From Candidatus Heimdallarchaeota archaeon (lineage in GTDB: Archaea > Asgardarchaeota > Heimdallarchaeia > Heimdallarchaeales > Heimdallarchaeaceae): DNA of 24,000 nucleotides. The number at the start of each line of letters is the position of its first letter. The stretch's first letter is position 1. The notes under the pieces are model-generated. The model saw only the letters and a list, made by a program, of their open reading frames with translations, was not told where the DNA came from and did no database searches. Position numbers and translations under genes: made by a program. The stretch lies in assembly GCA_016840095.1 (NCBI GenBank), contig JAEOSZ010000099.1, positions 3,475 to 27,474 of the forward strand, written 5' to 3'. Of this stretch, positions 1-7,790 are shown piece after piece.

Positions 1-2
1 TA

Positions 3-890
3 GATAAGGGAGCTTCTATAGAAACATCGTCTAGGGTAATTGGAATAGAGAGAGTTAGAGAATCAATAGTACTTAAACTTGGTAAAAAAGCAACTTCAAC
101 CAACATTAAATGCAAAATTGCTATTCTTGCTGAAGGAAGATTCCCCAAACTAAATTATGAAGTTAATCTTCCATCGCCTTCCAAAAATTCTATTGTATTT
201 TCTTCCATGTACATAATGAAAAATGTGAAAGATTTAGATCTTGAATATGTAGAACTCTATCAAGATCAGAAATATGCCCCTGGTTTCTTCACTTGGATAA
301 TTCCAATTGATGAAAATTCAGCTAAAGTAGGATTAGCCTCAAGTAAGGTTCCTGCAAGCAGCTATCTAAATTCCTTCATCAATAAACATCCAATTGCTAG
401 TAAAAAATTAACAAAAGCTGTTATTGATAGGAAAATGAGTGGAGCAATTCCCCTTGGATCTTTCATTAAGAAAACATATGCTGACAATATTCTTATTGTT
501 GGAGATGCCGCGGGTCAAACAAAACCTACAACTGGTGGTGGTGTAATCTTTGGTGGTATAGCTGCTGGCTTTGCTGGTGAAGTAGCTAGTGATGCAATCT
601 CAGCAGAAAACTATACTTCTAAGTATCTTTCTAGATATCAAAAGCTATGGAAACAAGAGTTCAAGCTAAATCTGAAAGTTATGAGAATTGTTCGATCATA
701 TATTGACACATTAACTCACAAAGATCTTGAAAGACTTTTTCTTTTATTAAATAAACCTCATCTGAAAAGCAAAATTTCTGAAACAGGAGATGTAGATAAT
801 CAAAAAACTATAGTATTTAACTTACTTATGAGTTTGAGACTCTGGCCAATTCTTTTGTCAACAGGTTTGAAATTTATACTAAAAAAATGA
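3..890 (+). CDS. Geranylgeranyl reductase family FAD-dependent oxidoreductase (5' end truncated by window edge)
   Basis: The frame of the 207..890 ORF stays open back to nt 3, so the gene continues upstream of the window. Translated ...KIAILAEGRFPKL... and IVGDAAGQTKPTTGGGVIFG match the FAD-binding signature of archaeal (di)geranylgeranyl reductases. Confidence 0.8.
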   Translation, partial: DKGASIETSSRVIGIERVRESIVLKLGKKATSTNIKCKIAILAEGRFPKLNYEVNLPSPSKNSIVFSSMYIMKNVKDLDLEYVELYQDQKYAPGFFTWIIPIDENSAKVGLASSKVPASSYLNSFINKHPIASKKLTKAVIDRKMSGAIPLGSFIKKTYADNILIVGDAAGQTKPTTGGGVIFGGIAAGFAGEVASDAISAENYTSKYLSRYQKLWKQEFKLNLKVMRIVRSYIDTLTHKDLERLFLLLNKPHLKSKISETGDVDNQKTIVFNLLMSLRLWPILLSTGLKFILKK

Positions 891-927
891 AAAAAGAAGT
901 AGTGACAATTTGTTGTATTGCACTAAA

Positions 928-1392
928 TTAGTATCTTGTTTTTAAACCAGATAACTTTAACTTAACTTTGACTGAATTTTGTGTGATTACCTTGTAATCA
1001 GATGACCCTAGGGGAACAGCCAAGTCATGGTCGATAATTTTGTCATCATTCTTTCCTGGATCTCTTTCGAAAACATGAAATGGAACCTGTACTACTCCTC
1101 CTCGTGGTGCATCTCTAAATTCCGAATAGAGTGTTATTCCATCAGGAGGTTGAAAAACTTCATTTTTCTCAAGATTAATTGAACCTCTATTAGGTATCCT
1201 ACCACTGTAGCTTGGTCTTTCTCCAACTCTAAAGTACAGTTCTGATTCATTTCCTAAAAGATCTCTATCTTCCAGGACCTTAATTGAAACTAACTCAATC
1301 CTTACTAAGAACCTGTCTTCAAATTCTTTAGAATCCCTTTGCCCTCGAGCATAAGTGTCCTTGTAAACTTTCTTTACAACTCTTCTTCCCAT
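928..1392 (-). CDS. Hypothetical 154-aa protein, tentatively a C2-like beta-sandwich domain
   Basis: Clean ATG ORF with no competing frame. Motifs IELVSIKVLEDRDLLGNESELYFRV and VPFHVFERDPGKNDDKIIDHDLAVPL resemble the two core C2 motifs (DxxGxSDPYVKV and VxDxDxxxxDDxIGxxxIPL). Function not established. Confidence 0.4.
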   Translation of the reverse strand: MGRRVVKKVYKDTYARGQRDSKEFEDRFLVRIELVSIKVLEDRDLLGNESELYFRVGERPSYSGRIPNRGSINLEKNEVFQPPDGITLYSEFRDAPRGGVVQVPFHVFERDPGKNDDKIIDHDLAVPLGSSDYKVITQNSVKVKLKLSGLKTRY

Positions 1393-1517
1393 TTAATCAC
1401 CTTGTATCTAATTCCAATAGTATTCTTATATATCTTTGCTAATGTCATTTAAGTAATTAGAATGGATTTGACCATAAAACCTAAACATTATATTTGACAT
1501 ACTTTTGTGTTGAGTTT

Positions 1518-2675
1518 TCATTCATTCCTCAAAAACTCAACTAGACAGAATTTACCTCTTCTTGTTGATGGTATTCTTTCACCCACTTTGTAATTACTGT
1601 CAGGGAGTAAGATTTCTAGTATACCTTCCCAAATATAGAGAACAAAATCACATAAATCGCGTTTGCCTTCTACACATTTTTCTCCTGGTGCATAAGTACA
1701 ATAAGCTCTTGCTGGATATTCTACGTATGCAACTCTTCGGGAAATGCTTGAAGTAATATCTGTAGGTAAGTAATTCTTGAGATCTTCTGTTGATTTAACC
1801 TGCAAAGCTTTAGTAACGTACTGACCAATCATTGAGGATATTTCCTTGATATCTTGTTCTGAATCTCTGATATTTATTAATAGAAATTCAATTAAGAATA
1901 GAATATGAGTGTCTGTAAACTCTTCCTTTGCTTTCTTCACATTTGAATCTTCTACATCACTAAAGAAGGTGGTAGTTATTTCTGCCAAAACCTTGTGGAA
2001 TAAAGGTAAAACCATTGTTGAAGGATATTCTTTCAATATTGGAGAAAAGATTGTCTCAAGGTCAAGATCCAGACTCGCTCTTATTTCTTCTTCTTCAACC
2101 GGAACTGATGGTTGAATTGGTAAACTGGAAGCTCTTTCTGTTACAGTTTGAGGTTGAGCTGTTAACATACTAGACTCACCTGAAATTGCTTTTGTTCGTA
2201 TTATAGGAATTTGAGTGTCTACTTTCTGAATAACAATTTGAAGCTGTTGAGATTCAAATTGACTTGGTATTTGTTCTACTCTGACATCTGAATCAAAGAG
2301 GAAGTATCCTAAAGCCTTCATTATTCCTGATACTATCACTAGATAGGGGTGATGTGTCGATTCAGAAGAAATGAATCTGTTTGCTCCAAGTTGAATAATT
2401 GCATTATCTTCATTCTTTTCAATACTGATGTTTTTCCATCCCAAAACTTCCATTAAAAGATCAAATTGCTCTTCAATACCAAGATCTCTGTGAGGAGTGA
2501 AAAAATTGAAGACAGCATCAGCTATAGCACCTGTGATAACTTGTTCAGTATCTCTGTTACTAACATCAAAAGAAGCTATAATCTTCTCCAGAGAATTTAT
2601 TAGAATTTTTGTTGCTTGTAGAGCTCGTAATTTGTCACTACCTTTGTTAGTCCACGTTGGCGAATAACCACTCAT
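1518..2675 (-). CDS. Tandem V4R-like (COG1719-type, Bet3/TRAPP-like) domain protein
   Basis: The C-terminal 70 aa (AYCTYAPGEKCVEGKRDLCDFVLYIWEGILEILL...GKFCLVEFL) fit the Cys-containing V4R pattern C..C....C.F..G...G....C.FEF. The N-terminal half (LMEVLGWKNISIEKNEDNAIIQLGANRF...YLVIVSGIMKALGYFL..DVRVEQ) fits a Cys-less V4R. The halves are joined by a low-complexity P/S/Q/E linker. Confidence 0.5.
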   Translation of the reverse strand: MSGYSPTWTNKGSDKLRALQATKILINSLEKIIASFDVSNRDTEQVITGAIADAVFNFFTPHRDLGIEEQFDLLMEVLGWKNISIEKNEDNAIIQLGANRFISSESTHHPYLVIVSGIMKALGYFLFDSDVRVEQIPSQFESQQLQIVIQKVDTQIPIIRTKAISGESSMLTAQPQTVTERASSLPIQPSVPVEEEEIRASLDLDLETIFSPILKEYPSTMVLPLFHKVLAEITTTFFSDVEDSNVKKAKEEFTDTHILFLIEFLLINIRDSEQDIKEISSMIGQYVTKALQVKSTEDLKNYLPTDITSSISRRVAYVEYPARAYCTYAPGEKCVEGKRDLCDFVLYIWEGILEILLPDSNYKVGERIPSTRRGKFCLVEFLRNE

Positions 2676-2923
2676 CGAAATCGTCCTTTGTATTTTGAAA
2701 ATATTCTATACTAAGATTGGAAAATGCTAATATAACCTTTATGATGGTTTCCATCGTAAAACGCTATATGAAATGATTTTAGCAGTTTTGGTACACCAAA
2801 TGGTATTCTGATGGATTCAATCTGAAAAGAGAAACCTATGCATTTATAAAAATAGTTTAATTCAAAAAGCTTAAAACACCAACCTTTACGTAACTCTATA
2901 GAGAATCAATCGCGTGATTAAAT

Positions 2924-3106
2924 ATGAGCAAAATGATTGATATGCCAAGATGTACAAGCTGCAATAAAGTTATTAGTCCAAGTGATGAAGGAGATACACG
3001 TTTCTCATGCCCAAACTGCAATGATGTTTTAATCATAAGATGTCCAAAATGTAGACTCTTTGGAAATGAATACGTATGTCCAAAATGCAACTTTAAAGGT
3101 CCATAA
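2924..3106 (+). CDS. Small double Zn-ribbon protein (COG2888-type partner of aEF-1beta)
   Basis: 60 aa with four CxxC knuckles (CTSC, CPNC, CPKC, CPKC). It lies immediately upstream of the aEF-1beta gene, a gene order conserved in archaea. Confidence 0.8.
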   Translation: MSKMIDMPRCTSCNKVISPSDEGDTRFSCPNCNDVLIIRCPKCRLFGNEYVCPKCNFKGP

Positions 3107-3116
3107 AAAGGTGAAA

Positions 3117-3389
3117 ATGATGGGTGAAGTTTTATTAGTATATGAAATTAGACCAGAAACTCCAGAAGTAACTCCAAAAAAATTGGAAGAATTAGTTCGA
3201 TCAAAGCTTCCTGAAAATGTGAAAATGCAAGATAATCCCGAGGAAAAACCATTATTCTTTGGTTTAATTGGTATAATTGGACAATTCATTATTCCTGAAG
3301 AAGATGGAGCACAAGATAATCTAGAAGAGACTCTCAATTCAATAGAAGAAATATCCTCAATTCAAATGACATTTGTTACCAGATTGTAG
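3117..3389 (+). CDS. ef1b: Translation elongation factor aEF-1 beta
   Basis: MMGEVLLVYEIRPETPEV...EEKPLFFGLIGIIGQFIIPEEDG...IEEISSIQMTFVTRL matches the roughly 90-aa aEF-1beta family. Start trimmed from the ORF-track 3060 to ATG 3117, which is preceded by GGTG at 3110-3113 and lies just after the Zn-ribbon stop at 3106. ATG 3120 is an equally possible start. Confidence 0.85.
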   Translation: MMGEVLLVYEIRPETPEVTPKKLEELVRSKLPENVKMQDNPEEKPLFFGLIGIIGQFIIPEEDGAQDNLEETLNSIEEISSIQMTFVTRL

Positions 3390-5496
3390 ATTCTTTCCTC
3401 CCTTTTAGTCCCTCTTTTTCATTTTCAAAAGATTTTTGCATAGTAATTTTTATTGCCAATCCTTTAGTCCAATCATTTTTGTCTAAATCTTCAATAGTCA
3501 AACCATAATCGTATTTTTTCGCGATTTCATTAACTATCATGAATCCTAAGTGCTTACGAAGTGTTTCATCAAATGGGGATTCATCAATAACCCTTTGAAT
3601 TTCATCGTTTAACTCAGGCTCAATACCTTTTTTATCAAGAATCATTAGTTCAAAGAATTCCTGTTCATCTTCAACCAATTCTCTACCGGTGATATCTATG
3701 TTTATCTCTCTGTTCTCAGTTTTCAGAATTAAACTTTTCAAAACATAATAAAACATGTCATAAAGGAATACTCCACCTAAGATTTTGATTACACTTGGTA
3801 AGTTAACCTCTATATTGAATTCTTTTTCACTATGCTCTTCTTTGACTTTTTCAAGTAATCTTAGAATAGTCATTTTAAGTGGAACAAAATGAACCTCTAC
3901 TCCACTTGAGACATCTAGTACGTTTGAGAGTAATCGAATATCTTGAACAATTCCAGTACCTCGTTTCACAAGTGTATTCACTCTTTCTAAAATAACATTC
4001 TCGTCAGGAGGAATGCTGTCAGTTAAAAGTTCATAATAACCAGAAATTCCGAAAAGAATGTTATAAATATCATGAGTTAATACATTGAGATACATTTTAG
4101 ATCTGTTTGAATATTCTTCTGCAATAGATTGTAATTTAGTTGCTTCAGAAATGTCTACTAGAGATAAAACTACACAATATTCTCCAGTCAAATTGTTTAT
4201 AGTTGGGGAGAATTGTGCAAAAAATGTTCTTGAATCTTTTTTACCCATCTGAAATACCTCTATCTCAAGTTTCATAGTGTCCTTTGCTATGTTAGTCATA
4301 ACATCACGAGATTTCTGAAGCATTTCCTTAGCTTTATCTGAATCTAAACTCAAAAGATGATCCAGTTTCAGGCCTAAAGTTTCATCATGATCAAGACCGA
4401 AGGTTGTCTCTGCTTGCTTATTCAAATATATTATTTCGAATCTATTATTTACAAGCATTACAGGAAAAGAAGAAAATTCTGAAGTTTGAGTTATCTGTTG
4501 TATATCATCAAGAAGTCGTTTTCTTTGAAGCGTTAAGAATAATTGATTAGCCATGATTCTAAGAAAATGAATATTGGATTCAGATAATCGTTCTGCAGTA
4601 TCTGATATTACAACTAAAAACCCTAACATCAGATTTGTGGAACCAATTGGAAGTATAACTCCATGCTGCTCATCAAATTGTGAGAAGTTAACTTCTTCTA
4701 TTTTATTTGGTGTATTGTAATATGGCAGATTTGAAATCACAAGTTGAGGAGATTTATAGTATTCTCTAACTTGATCACTTAGTCCCATGTCTCTAACTAA
4801 TGAAACTTCATCAATATCTTTAATGAAAACACCAAGACCATCTATATCCGTCTTTAGTTTGATTTTTGGTAGTATTCGATCAAGAATGAGCTGAATTTCA
4901 GTAGTTTCAAGTGTAAGATTTGACATCTCAACAATTAGATCTGTTTGATGTAATTTCTGATCAGAACTATATTGATTATACCAAAAAGCAAGCATTTCGG
5001 TTATTAGTAAAGATATTTCTTCAATTACCATTAGATATTTTTCTTGGTTATGTTTCACAGTATTTGGATAGAGAAAAACACTAACCGCACCAATAGTAAT
5101 TTCCCCAAAATACATGGGACATATAATGAATTCATTAACGTTTTGACTTTTTAAAAATAATTTATAATCTTGGTCTTCAGCAATAGTCTCAATTGAAAAC
5201 CACCCTGTATCCGATTTTGCAAATGCATCTGTATATGGATTCTTCTCATCAAAAGCATCCATCTCAATTTCTAAATTGCCTTTTAAAATCTGCTCTTCCT
5301 CTATGTAGAGGGGGTAAAGATATTGATTTTCATGATCATAGTAGCTAACTAAAATTATAACCGGGTCTAATGCTTTTCTTATAATCTTACATGCTTTTTG
5401 AATCATTGCAATTTTTGTTCTACTATCAAGTAAATCCCCACTAGATAATGATTTGAGAAATTCTACAATTGATGCAATTACAAGATTTTCATCCAT
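3376..5496 (-). CDS. Sensor histidine kinase, GAF-GAF-PAS-HisKA-HATPase_c-like (ATP-binding motifs apparently degenerate)
   Basis: H-box SKMYLNVLTHDIYNILFGISGY (His475) and a PAS-like segment (aa ~340-455, FPVMLVNNRFEIIYLNKQAETTFG). Two GAF-like N-terminal regions. C-terminal GHKL-like region (aa ~575-690) ends in HLGFMIVNEIAKKYDYGLTIED. No transmembrane segments are evident. The 3' end overlaps ef1b by 14 nt, convergently. Confidence 0.75.
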   Translation of the reverse strand: MDENLVIASIVEFLKSLSSGDLLDSRTKIAMIQKACKIIRKALDPVIILVSYYDHENQYLYPLYIEEEQILKGNLEIEMDAFDEKNPYTDAFAKSDTGWFSIETIAEDQDYKLFLKSQNVNEFIICPMYFGEITIGAVSVFLYPNTVKHNQEKYLMVIEEISLLITEMLAFWYNQYSSDQKLHQTDLIVEMSNLTLETTEIQLILDRILPKIKLKTDIDGLGVFIKDIDEVSLVRDMGLSDQVREYYKSPQLVISNLPYYNTPNKIEEVNFSQFDEQHGVILPIGSTNLMLGFLVVISDTAERLSESNIHFLRIMANQLFLTLQRKRLLDDIQQITQTSEFSSFPVMLVNNRFEIIYLNKQAETTFGLDHDETLGLKLDHLLSLDSDKAKEMLQKSRDVMTNIAKDTMKLEIEVFQMGKKDSRTFFAQFSPTINNLTGEYCVVLSLVDISEATKLQSIAEEYSNRSKMYLNVLTHDIYNILFGISGYYELLTDSIPPDENVILERVNTLVKRGTGIVQDIRLLSNVLDVSSGVEVHFVPLKMTILRLLEKVKEEHSEKEFNIEVNLPSVIKILGGVFLYDMFYYVLKSLILKTENREINIDITGRELVEDEQEFFELMILDKKGIEPELNDEIQRVIDESPFDETLRKHLGFMIVNEIAKKYDYGLTIEDLDKNDWTKGLAIKITMQKSFENEKEGLKGRKESTIW

Positions 5497-5794
5497 TTTT
5501 AATCCCGATTTTCTTTAACTGGAATAATTTGAGCAGTAGTTACTATTCTTCTATGCTAATGATAAGATGACTTATTTAAATCGATTTTGTATAACTGAAG
5601 GTAAATAGTCGTTTTTATCAAGTAATACGAACATCTTGAAATGAATTTATAAAATAGCTTCTATTGGCCATTTCAGATAAAGTAAAGTTAATCAATATTA
5701 ATCAGAACAATTAGTTATAGAAGAGGAGATTAAAACGACAGGGCAGAATTCAGATATCATTGCTGAAAACGCAGATTCAATTTATGCATTCTTC

Positions 5795-6727
5795 TTGGGA
5801 AATAAAGATGGGGTAATCTATAAGGAAAGCATATTCAATGAGGAAAAATGTCCAATTGATATTCTTACAAATCTAGTAAAAGCTTTTTGTTCTTTTACTG
5901 AAGAAACCAAAATTTCAGACCGGGGAACAATAGAATTAACAAACACAAAGATATCTTTCAGAAAGATTCAAGATATAACTTATGTTCTTAATCATGGAAT
6001 CCAGGAAAGAACCAAAGCAGATTATGCAATAGATTTCTTATCTAATGAATTTGAAAATAGATCAAGATCCAAATTTCATAGTTCTGATCCTGAACAGGTT
6101 TTTTCTGGAGCCTCAGCAGTTTACAATCAAGCAGTAGAAGAACTCTTTAGACCTGTAATTAACAAGGAAAGCCCCAAGTTTCGAAAGTATAGGAATGATG
6201 ATATTTTGGATTTAGAACTAGTGGATGTTCCTGTTAGTTTTGATGATTTGATGATAGTTTCAAAAACTCCTGAAATGCCAAAGAAAGTTGAAAAACCTTC
6301 AAAAAAGGATGAACAGATAACTCCGGCTGAAGAACAAACTCCAGAACAAATGCTTAATGCAGTTACTTTCAATATTCTTAACTCAATACAAGGTATTGAC
6401 CAATTAGTGTTTGTTGAATATGAAGAAGAAAAAGCAGAGATATTCTTCCAAAATGGTGGTTTAGATCAGGATTTTGTTAATAAAACTCAAAAAATATGCG
6501 AGAAATATCTTTCAAACATTCTTGAAATTATGAATGATGATCAAACACAAAATGCAATAGATGTTACGAATAAACATCAAATTATTTTCGTGAATTTAGA
6601 TGAGAGGAATTTCATGTATGCAATTGCTTCAAAGGAAGTAGATGCAGTTATGATGGATCCTGTTTTTGAAAGGATAGCACGTAGAATCAAGAAAATGGTC
6701 TTAGATTTCAAGAAAGAAATCGAATAG
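5795..6727 (+). CDS. Longin-like + Roadblock/LC7-like two-domain protein (start codon uncertain; frame open from 5702)
   Basis: The C-terminal ~120 aa (IDQLVFVEYEEEKAEIFFQNGG...KICEKYLSNILEIM...HQIIFVNLDERNFMYAIASKE...VFERIARRIKKMV) follow the Roadblock alpha-beta-beta-alpha-beta-beta-alpha pattern. The N-terminal ~100 aa (IYAFFLGNKDGVIYKE...DILTNLVKAFCSF...ISFRKIQDITYVLNHG...DYAIDFLSNEFEN) resemble a longin/sigma-adaptin-like fold. The linker is K/E/P-rich. The ORF-track start is TTG. Confidence 0.45.
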   Translation: MGNKDGVIYKESIFNEEKCPIDILTNLVKAFCSFTEETKISDRGTIELTNTKISFRKIQDITYVLNHGIQERTKADYAIDFLSNEFENRSRSKFHSSDPEQVFSGASAVYNQAVEELFRPVINKESPKFRKYRNDDILDLELVDVPVSFDDLMIVSKTPEMPKKVEKPSKKDEQITPAEEQTPEQMLNAVTFNILNSIQGIDQLVFVEYEEEKAEIFFQNGGLDQDFVNKTQKICEKYLSNILEIMNDDQTQNAIDVTNKHQIIFVNLDERNFMYAIASKEVDAVMMDPVFERIARRIKKMVLDFKKEIE

Positions 6728-6743
6728 AGATTACAATGATAAT

Positions 6744-7790
6744 CTATCCAAGGGTGACTTTTTCTTCAAAGAGATAACTCTTCCATTCTATTTTACAAGA
6801 GCATTCGAAGTCACCACTAATATCCTCTAAACTTTGTGACATTGTAAATTTCTTTAATGCATCGATAATTTTACTATCACAATCACCGCAATTATGTGCT
6901 CCTCTTTGAGTACCTGCGGCAACAACGTCACAAATTAATCTTAAGTGAGGATAAGTAGATTTAATCTCATTACATAAGTGTAATAAAGACCACAACCATG
7001 GAGTTCTGTAGTGTTTTTTTTCAAAAAGATGCGAGAGATAAGTTCCTCTGTGTATACTTATCGCATTTATTGAAATAGTTTCAACTCCAATCTCATTGAG
7101 TTTTGAGACACTCTGCAGAATGTCTTGTATTGAATTAAATTCCGAAACAAAAGGCGGTTTAAACAGAAGATATGCCTTAACTCTTGCTCCAGCTTCTGTA
7201 ATTCTCAACATAGCTTTTTCGAAATCCTCCCAGAAGAATCCCTTATTGATGGATTTCATCAAAATGTCATTATCAGCACTTTCCAAACCTATGGCTACTT
7301 CAACTTTTGAGATATCGGTAGATTCAGCTATAGTGTCTAAAGCTTTCTCTGTTACATACTCTGGTCTAGATTCTAGAACAATTTCTTTTACTTCCTCATA
7401 TTGAGATGTTTCTTCAAGAATTCGTTTTTGAATGTCTTGAGGTACCTCTGAAAAATCAAGAAAACTGCCACTGGTAAATAATTTCACTGAGTAGATATCA
7501 CTTTCCTTGATTGATTCCTGAAGTTTTATTTTGAAAGTTTCTAGCATGGTATCAAAATCAGATTCCTTAGGATTGTCATAGATATATCCACAGATTGAAC
7601 AACCTCCACTTTTAGACAATGCCCAAGAACATCCTCTAGTTGGAAGAATGAAAACAATTGCTTTACCAGGTCCAGAGCGAAGTCGATGATCCTCAACCCA
7701 GTGTACAACCTTTCTAGTATGAGATCTATCACCAAGTGATTTTTCTCGTATTTCTTTGATTGATTGTGCAAATTCTATGTCGAATTTCAT
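6744..7790 (-). CDS. Radical-SAM protein, RaSEA-like (archaeosine synthase beta subunit)
   Basis: Cluster motif GCSWALSKSGGCSICGY (C54-x9-C64-x2-C67) and a TIM-barrel-like body resembling the TIGR01210-type radical SAM family that partners ArcS. Its ATG overlaps the arcS stop (ATGA at 7787-7790). An SD-like GGTGAGGGTGA lies inside the arcS 3' end. Confidence 0.75.
   Translation of the reverse strand: MKFDIEFAQSIKEIREKSLGDRSHTRKVVHWVEDHRLRSGPGKAIVFILPTRGCSWALSKSGGCSICGYIYDNPKESDFDTMLETFKIKLQESIKESDIYSVKLFTSGSFLDFSEVPQDIQKRILEETSQYEEVKEIVLESRPEYVTEKALDTIAESTDISKVEVAIGLESADNDILMKSINKGFFWEDFEKAMLRITEAGARVKAYLLFKPPFVSEFNSIQDILQSVSKLNEIGVETISINAISIHRGTYLSHLFEKKHYRTPWLWSLLHLCNEIKSTYPHLRLICDVVAAGTQRGAHNCGDCDSKIIDALKKFTMSQSLEDISGDFECSCKIEWKSYLFEEKVTLG

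Noticed and set aside
2737-2829. C/D-box-like arrangement in the V4R / Zn-ribbon intergenic region: CTTT-ATGATGG ... CTGATGG ... CTGA-AAAG, with a 4-bp terminal stem.
   Set aside because: The C box is imperfect (final A replaced by G). The internal D'/C' boxes overlap each other, and the guide lengths (about 60 nt and 7 nt) are incompatible with the canonical architecture. No rRNA is available here to test guide complementarity.
3060-3116. N-terminal 19-aa extension of the aEF-1beta ORF (MEMNTYVQNATLKVHKKVK).
   Set aside because: It overlaps the 3' end of the Zn-ribbon gene in another frame. Family members start at MGxV..., and an SD-like GGTG precedes ATG 3117.
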